NCBI GenBank assembly: GCA_032160705.1
Contig: JAVHVE010000001.1
Coordinates: 92,113 to 116,112, forward strand
Reading direction: 5' to 3'
From: Acidobacteriota bacterium
GTDB lineage: Bacteria; Acidobacteriota; Blastocatellia; Pyrinomonadales; Pyrinomonadaceae
Length of the DNA: 24,000 bases
Below, in pieces: positions 6,115-14,758 of this stretch (positions are counted from its first letter, which is position 1; each line of letters opens with the position of its first letter). The notes below the pieces were generated by a model that had not been told where the DNA came from, did no database searches, and saw only the letters and a program-made list of their open reading frames with translations. Position numbers and translations under genes: made by a program.

Positions 6115-7677
6115 ATGCAGACCCGTAACCCAATCGCTCGCCTCGTGACCCTGCTTTGCGCGGCGATGATCGCCAGCGCCGTTGCGCTGAACGTCCACGC
6201 GCAGGAAACCTCCTATAGCGCGTCTTTCGAGCGCAGCAAGGAGAGCGTTCCCGTCAACGTGCTCGTCGGACAATCGCGCGTCGTCAATTTTGACAAACCC
6301 ATCGGACGCTTTTCAGTCTCCAATTCTGAGATTGCCGAAGCCGTGCTCGTCGCGCCCGATCAGGTGCTCGTCAACGGCAAGGCATTCGGGCAGGTCAACT
6401 TCATCGCCTGGGAACAGTCCGGCGGCAAGTTCATCGTCTTCGATGTCTTCGTCCGTGCCAACCTGTCCCTGATTGATTCGCAGATTCGCGCGCTCTTTCC
6501 CAAAGACGACATCCGCTTGAGCCAGGCCAACGGCTCTGTGGTTATTTCGGGAAGCGTGAAAGACCCGAGGACTGTGACGCAGGTGCAAAGTGTGGTTGAG
6601 GCTGCGGGCTTCAAGACCGTCAATATGCTGGACTCGCCTGTGAAGAATGCCATGCAGGTGCAGTTGCAGGTGCGCGTGGCCGAAGTCAGCCGCACGAAGC
6701 TAAAAGAACTCGGCTCATCCTACGCCACAGCCAACGGCGGCACTTCCGCATTTGCCAGTGCTGCCGGCCCGGCGACATTGAATGAGATTGACGGCGGCAT
6801 AATGAAATACTTGTTCGCCGGAGCGAATCTTTTCTTATTCAATAGCTCGATTAATACACAGGCGTTAATTCACGCGCTCAAAACGGAAGGCGCGTTGCGC
6901 GCTCTGGCCGAGCCGAATCTGATTGCGATGGATGGCGAAGAGGCGAGCTTTCTGGCTGGCGGTGAGTATCCGGTTCCGGTCATCCAGAGCGGCGGCGATA
7001 GAAATAGCGTAAGCATCGTTTTCAAAGCCTACGGCGTGAAATTGAATTTCAAGCCGACGATCATTGATGAAAATCACATCCGGCTGGTGCTCGAACCCGA
7101 AGTCTCGACGATAGACTTTGCTACGGGAGTGAAGTTTGACGGGTTTCTGATTCCGGGCTTGCGGACACGTCGCGCCAAGACCGGCATTGAATTAAGAGAC
7201 GGCCAGAGCTTCGCGCTCGCCGGATTGCTCGACAACAGCGAGACCCGCTCGATCTCTAAGATTCCCATTCTCGGCGACATCCCCATCCTCGGCGCGCTTT
7301 TCAAATCGAAGGCGTTCCAGAAGCAGGAAACGGAATTGATGTTCTTTGTGACGGCGAATCTCGTCAAGCCCGTCAACCCGGACGACCTGCCGCGAACGCG
7401 CGGGATTGATGGACTGAAGAATGGCTCGCCGCTCGGCGTTGAGCCAAAAGGCGAAGGCATCACAGGACAAAGCGGCTTCTCGACTGGCACATCGGAAAAT
7501 AATCCTGCCGTCGCGCCGCAGCCCGCCACGCCCAAGCCCGCCAAGCCTGTGCCCGCGAGTCCGGCAGAGACGAAAGCGGTCAGCCAGCTCTCGCCGAACA
7601 CGCTGGAGGCTTTCCCGGCTCCCCCGCCGATGCCTCCAGCGGCGCAGGTGAAAGTTGACACTCCGGTTGCGCCTTAA
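6115..7677 (+). CDS. cpaC: Tad secretin CpaC/RcpA (outer-membrane channel)
   Basis: Signal peptide (...AVALNVHAQE), N-terminal pilus-secretin N domain and BON-like segment. Secretin core motifs (ALAEPNLIAMDGEEASFLAGGEYPVP; IPILGDIPILGALFKS). Pro/Ala-rich C-tail. Confidence 0.95.
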   Translation: MQTRNPIARLVTLLCAAMIASAVALNVHAQETSYSASFERSKESVPVNVLVGQSRVVNFDKPIGRFSVSNSEIAEAVLVAPDQVLVNGKAFGQVNFIAWEQSGGKFIVFDVFVRANLSLIDSQIRALFPKDDIRLSQANGSVVISGSVKDPRTVTQVQSVVEAAGFKTVNMLDSPVKNAMQVQLQVRVAEVSRTKLKELGSSYATANGGTSAFASAAGPATLNEIDGGIMKYLFAGANLFLFNSSINTQALIHALKTEGALRALAEPNLIAMDGEEASFLAGGEYPVPVIQSGGDRNSVSIVFKAYGVKLNFKPTIIDENHIRLVLEPEVSTIDFATGVKFDGFLIPGLRTRRAKTGIELRDGQSFALAGLLDNSETRSISKIPILGDIPILGALFKSKAFQKQETELMFFVTANLVKPVNPDDLPRTRGIDGLKNGSPLGVEPKGEGITGQSGFSTGTSENNPAVAPQPATPKPAKPVPASPAETKAVSQLSPNTLEAFPAPPPMPPAAQVKVDTPVAP

Positions 7678-7726
7678 CAAGCAAGGCATTCGTCAATGTC
7701 ATTAAGCATGAGAGAGGAGGGAAGCG

Positions 7727-8845
7727 ATGAGTGTCAGGGAAAGAAAGACAGACAGAAAAAGTGAGCGCGGATCGGTTCTGGCGACCGCCACACTCGGCAT
7801 GCTGACCCTCCTTCTCGCCGTCGGACTGGGCGTTGACATCAGCCGCATGTACCTGACGAAGACCGAATTGCAGAACGCGGCGGACGCGGCGGCGCTGGCC
7901 GGAGCATCGGGCTTGAACGGTTCAGGAAACGGAATCAAAACAGCGACGGATCGCGCCGTGCAAGCGATGAACAACTACGCCTTCAACAAGACGAATGTTG
8001 TCATCCCGCGCACGAATGTTACGTTCGCCGTCAACCTCGACGGGCCATACATGAGCGAGAGTGCGGCTGCGGCTGCGGCGACAAACATTCGCTTCGTCCG
8101 CGTCTCCACTCCCGATCTGCCGTCCAGCGTCACCTTTGCCGCGCCAATCCTCGGCGATAAACGAAACCTGGCGGCGACAGCGACCGCCGGTCTCTCAGTT
8201 CCAATTAACGTCTTCTGCAACTGGATTCCGCTCTCTGTCATTGACTACGACATCCCGATGGTTCCGGGCCAGGTCTACACGATTCGCTCTGCGCCCGGCA
8301 ACAAAGTCTCTCCGGGAAACTATCAGATTCTCGCCGTTTCGGGTCGCGGCGGCAAAGACGTGCGCGAAGGTCTGGCGAGCGGCGTTGACGAATGCGCCGA
8401 GCCGGGCGCGACCTATACGATTGATACCAAGCCGGGCGTCAGCGCTGGCCCGGTCAGGCAGGGCATCAACACGCGCTTCGATGATTACCAGGGCGGGCAG
8501 GTCAATCCGACGGATCATCCGCCCGACACGAACGTCAAGAACAACATCACCTACGACCAATATCGTGACGGCACGGCCACGCAAGCGCCGACGCATACGG
8601 GCGTGCCCGGTCGCCGCATAGTGATTATCCCGATTGTCAAATTAGCTGAGTACGACCAAGGCAGAGACACTGTGAAGTTCAACCGCTTCGGCCAGTTCTT
8701 CCTGCGCTCCAAAGTCGGCAACGGCAACGGCGGCGACATCGAGGCCGAGTATATAGACGACATCGTCGTCGCCGGTAAAGGCGGCTACAACCCGAACGGC
8801 GGCCCGACCAATAACCTGATGGCCGTTCCTGTGCTTTATAAATAG
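7727..8845 (+). CDS. tadG: TadG-like pseudopilin / pilus assembly protein
   Basis: N-terminus ERGSVLATATLGMLTLLLAVGLGVDISRMYLTKTELQNAADAAALAGA is the typical TadG-like N-terminal segment. RBS gagaggagg is upstream. No VWA domain seen in this copy. Confidence 0.8.
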   Translation: MSVRERKTDRKSERGSVLATATLGMLTLLLAVGLGVDISRMYLTKTELQNAADAAALAGASGLNGSGNGIKTATDRAVQAMNNYAFNKTNVVIPRTNVTFAVNLDGPYMSESAAAAAATNIRFVRVSTPDLPSSVTFAAPILGDKRNLAATATAGLSVPINVFCNWIPLSVIDYDIPMVPGQVYTIRSAPGNKVSPGNYQILAVSGRGGKDVREGLASGVDECAEPGATYTIDTKPGVSAGPVRQGINTRFDDYQGGQVNPTDHPPDTNVKNNITYDQYRDGTATQAPTHTGVPGRRIVIIPIVKLAEYDQGRDTVKFNRFGQFFLRSKVGNGNGGDIEAEYIDDIVVAGKGGYNPNGGPTNNLMAVPVLYK

Positions 8846-8892
8846 GGCGCTTCTTTCAGATTTTTTCAGAAATCAAACTTTGCGCTTCACGA

Positions 8893-9399
8893 ATGAGGGG
8901 AAGCAAAACGATGAGGAGACATGGAAAGATAACGAGGGGGTTTTTCAGCTTCGCACGCGAAGAACGCGGCGCGCAGCTCGTCGAGCTGGCAATCGTGCTG
9001 CCGATCTTCCTCGTGATGTTCGGCGCAGCCGCAGAGTTCGGACGTTACTTCTACGAATACACCACGCTCGACAAGGCCGTGCGCGCAGGCTCGCGCTATC
9101 TCGCCACCGCCGCAGTCAACGCGGCAGAGGACACAAAGGCCAGGAACATCATCGTCTATGGCAATCCGACGGGCACGGGCACGCCCGTCATCAAGGGATT
9201 GACGACGGCGAATGTCGTTATCACGCGCGCGGGCGGCGTTCCGGTTCTGCCGCAGACGGTGACGGTGCAGATTACGGGTTACAAGTACCAGCCCGTGTTC
9301 GATCTCGGCAAGCTCATCAAAGTCCCATCGCTCTCTCTGAACATTGATGTCAAGCCGAGCGTCACGATGCGCTACCTGCTGACGCAGCCGCCGATTTGA
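8893..9399 (+). CDS. tadE: TadE-like minor pseudopilin
   Basis: TadE N-terminal motif ERGAQLVELAIVLPIFLVMFGAAAEFGRYFY. An alternative start at ATG 8911 has better RBS spacing. Confidence 0.85.
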   Translation: MRGSKTMRRHGKITRGFFSFAREERGAQLVELAIVLPIFLVMFGAAAEFGRYFYEYTTLDKAVRAGSRYLATAAVNAAEDTKARNIIVYGNPTGTGTPVIKGLTTANVVITRAGGVPVLPQTVTVQITGYKYQPVFDLGKLIKVPSLSLNIDVKPSVTMRYLLTQPPI

Positions 9400-9460
9400 A
9401 TAGTCAGTTTTCAGATGGAATGCAGGACTGAAGACGAGGATGGACGGGGAGTCGTAGAGA

Positions 9461-9928
9461 ATGGTTCGCTCCAGAAGAGAAAGAAGAACTGAACGCGGCG
9501 CGACTCTTGTGGAGTTTGCCATCGGCGCGACCGTTTTCCTGACGGCCATGTTCGCCGTCATAGAGTTTGGCCGCGCCCTCTGGACGCACAACGCTCTGTC
9601 GGACGCGGCGCGGCGCGGCGCACGCTACGCTGTCAATCATAAAGGGCCGGACGTTGCCAATCCGGCGGGCGACGTTGCCGCCGTGAAGAACGTCGTCGTC
9701 TATGGCGACCCTTTGGGTGGCTCGAAACCAGTGGTTGACAATCTGACGACCGCCAACGTTCAGGTGCAATACTCAAACTTCGGACTCGGCGCGGGGACGG
9801 TCTCGGTGAGCATCACGAACTATAAATTCCAATTCATCATCCCCATCGTCGGCACAACCATCTCGATGCCCAACTACAACACGACGCTGACGGGCGAAAA
9901 CGCGGGACTTGTCCCGCCGAATCTTTAA
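9461..9928 (+). CDS. tadE: TadE/TadF-like minor pseudopilin (second copy)
   Basis: TadE N-terminal motif ERGATLVEFAIGATVFLTAMFAVIEFGRALW. It shares the later motif V(I/V)VYG(N/D)P.G...P(V)(I/V)..LTTANV with the preceding gene. Confidence 0.85.
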   Translation: MVRSRRERRTERGATLVEFAIGATVFLTAMFAVIEFGRALWTHNALSDAARRGARYAVNHKGPDVANPAGDVAAVKNVVVYGDPLGGSKPVVDNLTTANVQVQYSNFGLGAGTVSVSITNYKFQFIIPIVGTTISMPNYNTTLTGENAGLVPPNL

Positions 9929-9929
9929 T

Positions 9930-10018
9930 CAGTTTTCAGTTTTGAGTTTTCAGTTTTCAGTAAGAATTGAAGACTGGCGACTCGGAACTGAAAACTGAAA
10001 ACCGAAAACTGAAAACTG
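9930..10018. repeat. Heptamer-repeat hairpin element E2: (CAGTTTT)-type x4.5, 25-nt loop, (AAAACTG)-type x4.5
   Basis: Positions 9930-9961 pair with 9987-10018, about 32 bp with one 2-nt internal mismatch (GAGTTTT opposite AAAACCG). It starts 2 nt after the tadE stop and ends 3 nt before the cpaE ATG. Confidence 0.9.
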
Positions 10019-10021
10019 ACC

Positions 10022-11239
10022 ATGATTACATTCGTCATCCTGAGCACCGGCCTTGATACCTTTAAGGAGATTCGCAGCGCCCTGGCGAGCGACGCGCGAG
10101 CGCGTTTGCTGGCGGGCGGCGACGACGCCGAGCAGGTTTATGCGGAGATTAAGAACCTGCGCCCCTCGGCGGTTGTCATCACGATGTCAGAGGCGAATTC
10201 CGAGCAGGCGTTGAAGATGATTGTAAAGCTTTCTGCCGAAAGCCCGCAGATTGCGATCATCTCAGCCGTCCGCAACGCCTCGCCCGATCTGATTCTTCGT
10301 AGTATGCGCGCCGGAGCGCGCGAGTTTTTGCGACTCCCCATCATCGCTGAAGAATTCAAGACCGTGCTCGACCGCACAGTAGAATTTTGCGCCGTACAGA
10401 AGGAAGCGCCGAAGAAGAAAGGACGCATGATCGCGGTCTTTTCCAGCAAGGGAGGCTGCGGCACATCCTTTATCGCTACCAATCTCGCCGCCGCGTTGAA
10501 TGCTCCGACGATGCTGGTTGATCTCAATTTGCAGGCGGGCGACCTGCCGCTCTTTCTCGGAGTCGAGCCGAAATATTCCATCGCCGACATGGTTGAGAAT
10601 CGCGCCCGCATGGACGACTCCTTGCTGGCGAGCTACGTCACGCCGCACTCGTCGAAATTGTCGCTGCTGGCCGCGCCGCGCGAGGCCGATTCGGCGGATG
10701 ACATCGAGCCTGAGCATGTCTTCGAGGCATTAGAGCGCGTGCGCGAATCTTACGATTACGTCGTGCTCGACCCGCAGCACACGTTCGACGCCATCACGCT
10801 CGCCGCGCTCGATCAAGCGGACGACATCGTGCTGGTTCTCACCCTCGACATCCCGGCCATTCGCAGCGCGCAACGCGCACTGGAAATCTTCGACCGGCTC
10901 GGCTACCCGCGCAAGAAAGTCCGTATCATCGTCAATCGCTGGAGCAAGCAGATTGATCTTGATTTGCGGCAGGTCGAGCGATTCCTGAAGGAGAAAGTGA
11001 CGGGCTTTGTGTCGAGCGACTATCAAATGGCGGTCACGTCCATCAATCTCGGACAACCGCTTGTTCAGTCAGAGCCTTCGTCGAAAATCGCCGTCGAGAT
11101 TAAGCGCATTGTGGCGACACTGATGGGCGCATCCGCTGAAAGCATAGAGGAGCAACCGCAGCGCAAGAAAATCTGGGGGGCGCTCTTCAAGCGCAACAGC
11201 GGCGCAGCGCAAAATCTTGATCTCCGCCCAACTCCTTAA
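10022..11239 (+). CDS. cpaE: CpaE/TadZ: receiver-like N-domain plus atypical ParA/MinD-type ATPase domain
   Basis: Deviant Walker [20 protein letters not shown] keeps the KGG signature Lys but has Thr where the P-loop Lys sits in MinD (KGGVGKT), as described for TadZ. The CheY-like N-terminal fold pattern and position before cpaF also fit. Confidence 0.88.
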   Translation: MITFVILSTGLDTFKEIRSALASDARARLLAGGDDAEQVYAEIKNLRPSAVVITMSEANSEQALKMIVKLSAESPQIAIISAVRNASPDLILRSMRAGAREFLRLPIIAEEFKTVLDRTVEFCAVQKEAPKKKGRMIAVFSSKGGCGTSFIATNLAAALNAPTMLVDLNLQAGDLPLFLGVEPKYSIADMVENRARMDDSLLASYVTPHSSKLSLLAAPREADSADDIEPEHVFEALERVRESYDYVVLDPQHTFDAITLAALDQADDIVLVLTLDIPAIRSAQRALEIFDRLGYPRKKVRIIVNRWSKQIDLDLRQVERFLKEKVTGFVSSDYQMAVTSINLGQPLVQSEPSSKIAVEIKRIVATLMGASAESIEEQPQRKKIWGALFKRNSGAAQNLDLRPTP

Positions 11240-11295
11240 AACGCTCTCAACCAGGTGAGAGCGCAGAAACGAATCAAAACGGAAGACCACACATT

Positions 11296-12639
11296 ATGGC
11301 ACTACGCGAAAGATTAATCAGAGACATCACCCAGCCGGGCGCGGGCGTCGTGGCTGCCGAAGACGCGGCCAACTCGCAACGCTCGTTTCAGGAAATGAAG
11401 TCGCGGCTTCATCGCGCGCTCATCAATCGCATGGATTTGACGAAGCTCGGCGCGATGGCTCCCGAACAGGTTTATTCCGAAGTCTCGCGTCTGGCCGAAG
11501 GTGTGCTGGCGACCGAGGGGATGCCTCTGTCAACAGTCGAGCGCGAGCGGCTGGTCAATGAAGTACGCCACGAGCTTTTCGGCCTGGGGCCGCTTGAGCC
11601 GCTTCTCGCAGACCCGACCATCTCCGACATTCTCGTCAACTCGCACCGCACAATTTATATCGAGCGGCGCGGCAAACTGGAAGCGACCGACATTGCTTTC
11701 AAAGACGACGAGCATTTGATGCGCGTCATCGAGCGCATCGTCTCTTCGGTTGGTCGCCGGATAGATGAATCTTCGCCGATGGTAGACGCCCGCCTCGCGG
11801 ACGGCTCGCGCGTCAACGCCATCATCCCGCCGCTTTCGATTGACGGCCCTGTGCTTTCGATTCGCCGCTTCGGGGCTGAACCGCTCAGGATGGGTGCGCT
11901 GATTGAGAATCGCGCGTTGACTCGTGAAATCGCCGAGATGATGGAAATGTGCGTCAGTGCGCGTCTCAACTTACTCATCTCCGGCGGCACGGGCGCGGGC
12001 AAGACCACGCTCTTGAACGCGCTCTCGGCCTACATCCCGGAAACGGAGCGCATCGTCACCATCGAAGATTCCGCCGAGTTGCAGTTGCAGCAGCCGCACG
12101 TCGTTCGTCTGGAGACACGACCTCCCAACATCGAAGGTCGCGGCGAAGTCACGCAGCGCGATCTGGTCAAGAACGCCCTGCGTATGCGTCCCGACCGCAT
12201 CGTCATCGGCGAGGTGCGCGGCGGCGAAGCGATAGATATGTTGCAAGCGATGAACACCGGCCACGACGGGAGCTTGACGACGATTCACGCCAACACCCCA
12301 CGCGACGCACTCTCCCGGCTGGAAACGATGATTCAGATGACAGGCATGCGTCTATCGGAGCGCGCGATGCGGCAGCAAGTGGCCAGCGCGCTCGATATTG
12401 TCCTGCAAGTCGCTCGTCTGTCAGACGGCACGCGCCGCGTCACTTCCATCTCGGAGATTACGGGGATGGAAGGCGACACCATCACGATGCAGGAAATCTT
12501 CCAGTTCGAGAGAACGGGCATTGATCCGACGGGCAAGGTCATAGGCCGTTTTCGCCCGACCGGGATTCGCCCGCGCTTCGCGGAAAAACTCAAAGCCTAC
12601 GGACTTCACCTTCCGAGAACAATTCTGGAGGAGATGTAA
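11296..12639 (+). CDS. cpaF: Tad secretion ATPase CpaF/TadA
   Basis: Walker [16 protein letters not shown]. Asp box and Walker B ([12 protein letters not shown]; [13 protein letters not shown]). His box [14 protein letters not shown]. Typical VirB11/GspE-superfamily length. Confidence 0.97.
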   Translation: MALRERLIRDITQPGAGVVAAEDAANSQRSFQEMKSRLHRALINRMDLTKLGAMAPEQVYSEVSRLAEGVLATEGMPLSTVERERLVNEVRHELFGLGPLEPLLADPTISDILVNSHRTIYIERRGKLEATDIAFKDDEHLMRVIERIVSSVGRRIDESSPMVDARLADGSRVNAIIPPLSIDGPVLSIRRFGAEPLRMGALIENRALTREIAEMMEMCVSARLNLLISGGTGAGKTTLLNALSAYIPETERIVTIEDSAELQLQQPHVVRLETRPPNIEGRGEVTQRDLVKNALRMRPDRIVIGEVRGGEAIDMLQAMNTGHDGSLTTIHANTPRDALSRLETMIQMTGMRLSERAMRQQVASALDIVLQVARLSDGTRRVTSISEITGMEGDTITMQEIFQFERTGIDPTGKVIGRFRPTGIRPRFAEKLKAYGLHLPRTILEEM

Positions 12640-12645
12640 AAGACA

Positions 12646-13611
12646 ATGCTGATCTCCTTTTTAGTTTTCGTCTTCTGCCTGTTTCTGGTGCTGGCCGCCT
12701 ATCTCTTGGCGACGCGAAGCTCCGACGCCAAGCGCACACGCTTGCAACAACGTCTCAGCGAAGCCCTGCTTAATTCGGCGCACACGGACGATGTCGAAGT
12801 GTTGCTGGCGCGGCAGGAGTTGATGAGCGAGATTCCCTGGCTCAATCGCACGCTGGTTCAGCTACAGGTGGTGACGCGATTCAAGCGCGTCCTCGATCAA
12901 GCCGACCTGGAGATTACCGTCACGCGGCTGGCGATGTTTGCGTTGATGGCGGGAATGCTCGCGGGTCTGGCCGCGTCAATGCTCACCGTTTCGTTCATGA
13001 TTATCTTGAGCTGCGGGTTGATGGGCGCGGTTGTTCCTTTCATGCACGTCTTCTGGAAACGAAAGAAACGCTTCGATAAGTTTCTCGAACACCTGCCAGA
13101 CGCGCTGGAGTTGATGAGCCGCGCTCTGTCCGCCGGGCACGCATTCTCCGAAGCCCTGCACATGGTCTCAATCGAGATGCCTGAGCCGATCTCCAAGGAG
13201 TTTCGCAAGACCTACGAGGAACAGAATCTGGGACTCTCGCTCAAGCTGGCGCTTGAGAATTTGACGCAGCGCATGCCGCTGCTTGATCTGCGCCTGTGCG
13301 TGACCGCCGTTATGATTCAACGCGAAACGGGCGGCAACCTCGCGGAGATTCTGGAAAAGGTCGCCTATACGATCCGCGAACGCTTCCGCATCCTCGGCGA
13401 TCTGAAAACACTGACAACCAGCTCGCGGCTCTCGGCGTGGCTGCTCTGCGGCCTGCCCGTTGGCGTCGCCATCGCCGTGACCGCGATGAACCCCGAATAC
13501 ATGAGCATCCTCTGGAAAGACCCGCGCGGCCACAAACTGATCTACCTCGCCGTCGCCCTGCAAATCTCCGGCATGCTCATCGTGAGGAAGATTTTGAGAA
13601 TCAAGATATGA
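12646..13611 (+). CDS. tadB: Tad inner-membrane platform protein TadB (T2SSF domain)
   Basis: N-terminal TM, then a cytoplasmic T2SSF-like domain (LPDALELMSRALSAGHAFSEAL...IQRETGGNLAEILEKVA), then C-terminal TMs. Lies directly after cpaF. Confidence 0.9.
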   Translation: MLISFLVFVFCLFLVLAAYLLATRSSDAKRTRLQQRLSEALLNSAHTDDVEVLLARQELMSEIPWLNRTLVQLQVVTRFKRVLDQADLEITVTRLAMFALMAGMLAGLAASMLTVSFMIILSCGLMGAVVPFMHVFWKRKKRFDKFLEHLPDALELMSRALSAGHAFSEALHMVSIEMPEPISKEFRKTYEEQNLGLSLKLALENLTQRMPLLDLRLCVTAVMIQRETGGNLAEILEKVAYTIRERFRILGDLKTLTTSSRLSAWLLCGLPVGVAIAVTAMNPEYMSILWKDPRGHKLIYLAVALQISGMLIVRKILRIKI

Positions 13612-13691
13612 GTTTTCAGTTTTCAGTTTTGAGCAAAGACTCGGTTGCTTCTTCTGAAAACTGAAAACTGAAAACTGAAAACTGAAAACTG
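13610..13691. repeat. Heptamer-repeat hairpin element E3: (C/G)AGTTTT x3, 26-nt core, (AAAACTG)x5
   Basis: The left arm 13610-13630 overlaps the tadB stop codon. The right arm 13657-13691 has 5 perfect units, so several pairing registers are possible. The core 13631-13656 is near-identical to the E1 core. It ends 3 nt before the tadC ATG. Confidence 0.9.
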
Positions 13692-13694
13692 ACT

Positions 13695-14624
13695 ATGCTT
13701 TTAATAATCACCATCTCCACATTCGTCTGCATCACGTTTGGCGTGATGGCTCTTTACTGGCTCGTCTATCGCCCGCAGAGCGCGGCGACCGAGCGGCTCA
13801 AGCGGCTGGGGCAAACGAACTCGGCGGCGACCGCTGCCGTTGTGGTGAGCGATGATCGCCCGGTGACGGAGTTGGCTGAACGCATCGCCGCACCGCTCCA
13901 TCGTCTTGCGCCGCCATCGGCAGCCGAAGCGCAGAAGCTCCAGAAGATTCTGATGCACGCGGGCTTTCGCGGACAAAATGCGCCGATTATTTATCGCGCG
14001 ATTCAGTTGACTTCGCTGGTGCTATTTCCGGGGGCAGTCGCGCTCCTGTTTGCTTTTCTGGCATGGCCGCTCAACAGCGCGCTCGTCTGGTTTCTGGTCG
14101 CCTTCATTCTCGGATTCTTCGTGCCGCGCTTCGTGCTGGATCAGAAGATTAAGGGGCGCAAGCAGCGTGTGCGCTGGGGACTGGCAGACGCGCTCGACCT
14201 GATGGTTGTTTCGATTGAAGCCGGGCTCGGATTAAACGCCGCGATGATGCGCGTGAGCGACGAGTTGAAAGATGTGCACAGGGACATCAGCGAAGAATTT
14301 GAGCTGGCGAATCTGGAAATCAAAGTCGGACGCGACCGCGACGAAGCCCTGCGTAACCTGGCAGAGCGCACGGGCGTTGACGATCTGCGCAGCCTCGTGG
14401 CGATGTTGATTCAGGCCGACCGCTTCGGCACATCAATCGCTCGCGCCGTGCGTGTCTTCTCTGATTCACTACGCACCAAGCGACGGCAACGCGCCGAGCA
14501 GGCCGCGCAGAAGGCCGCCGTCAAGCTGCTCTTCCCGCTCGCCTGCTTTCTTTTCCCGGTGCTTTTCATCGCCATCCTAGGCCCCGCGATGCTGACACTG
14601 ATTGACACTTTCGCCACCATGTAA
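13695..14624 (+). CDS. tadC: Tad inner-membrane platform protein TadC (T2SSF domain)
   Basis: T2SSF-like domain (LADALDLMVVSIEAGLGLNAAMMRVSDEL...LIQADRFGTSIARAVRVFSDSLRTKRRQRAEQ) flanked by TM segments. Paralogous to tadB. Confidence 0.9.
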   Translation: MLLIITISTFVCITFGVMALYWLVYRPQSAATERLKRLGQTNSAATAAVVVSDDRPVTELAERIAAPLHRLAPPSAAEAQKLQKILMHAGFRGQNAPIIYRAIQLTSLVLFPGAVALLFAFLAWPLNSALVWFLVAFILGFFVPRFVLDQKIKGRKQRVRWGLADALDLMVVSIEAGLGLNAAMMRVSDELKDVHRDISEEFELANLEIKVGRDRDEALRNLAERTGVDDLRSLVAMLIQADRFGTSIARAVRVFSDSLRTKRRQRAEQAAQKAAVKLLFPLACFLFPVLFIAILGPAMLTLIDTFATM

Positions 14625-14634
14625 TTACGAAAGG

Positions 14635-14669
14635 CAGAATTCAGAATTCAGAATCCAGAAGTCAGAATG
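14635..14669. repeat. Tandem heptamer tract (CAGAATT, CAGAATT, CAGAATC, CAGAAGT, CAGAATG)
   Basis: Five consecutive CAGAATN-type units read directly in the tadC-tadD gap. AGGCAGAA (14632-14639) can pair with TTCTGCCT (14706-14713). Confidence 0.8.
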
Positions 14670-14758
14670 AAGATGCGGAGAACCACTGTTACAGATTTTA
14701 TTTTCTTCTGCCTCCTGACTACTGCTTTTCATCGTCCGACTGAAAGGAGCTTGAAATA

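Noticed and set aside
7074-7661. Long antisense ORFs inside cpaC (7074-7661, 7192-7689) and similar ones inside tadE/tadG (8887-9591), cpaE (10138-10717), cpaF (11655-12288) and the SLT gene (17679-18305)
   Set aside because: These are typical stop-poor shadow frames of GC-rich coding DNA. The translations are Arg/Ala/Gly/Ser-rich low-complexity sequence without motifs, and each is fully covered by a + strand gene with clear family signatures.
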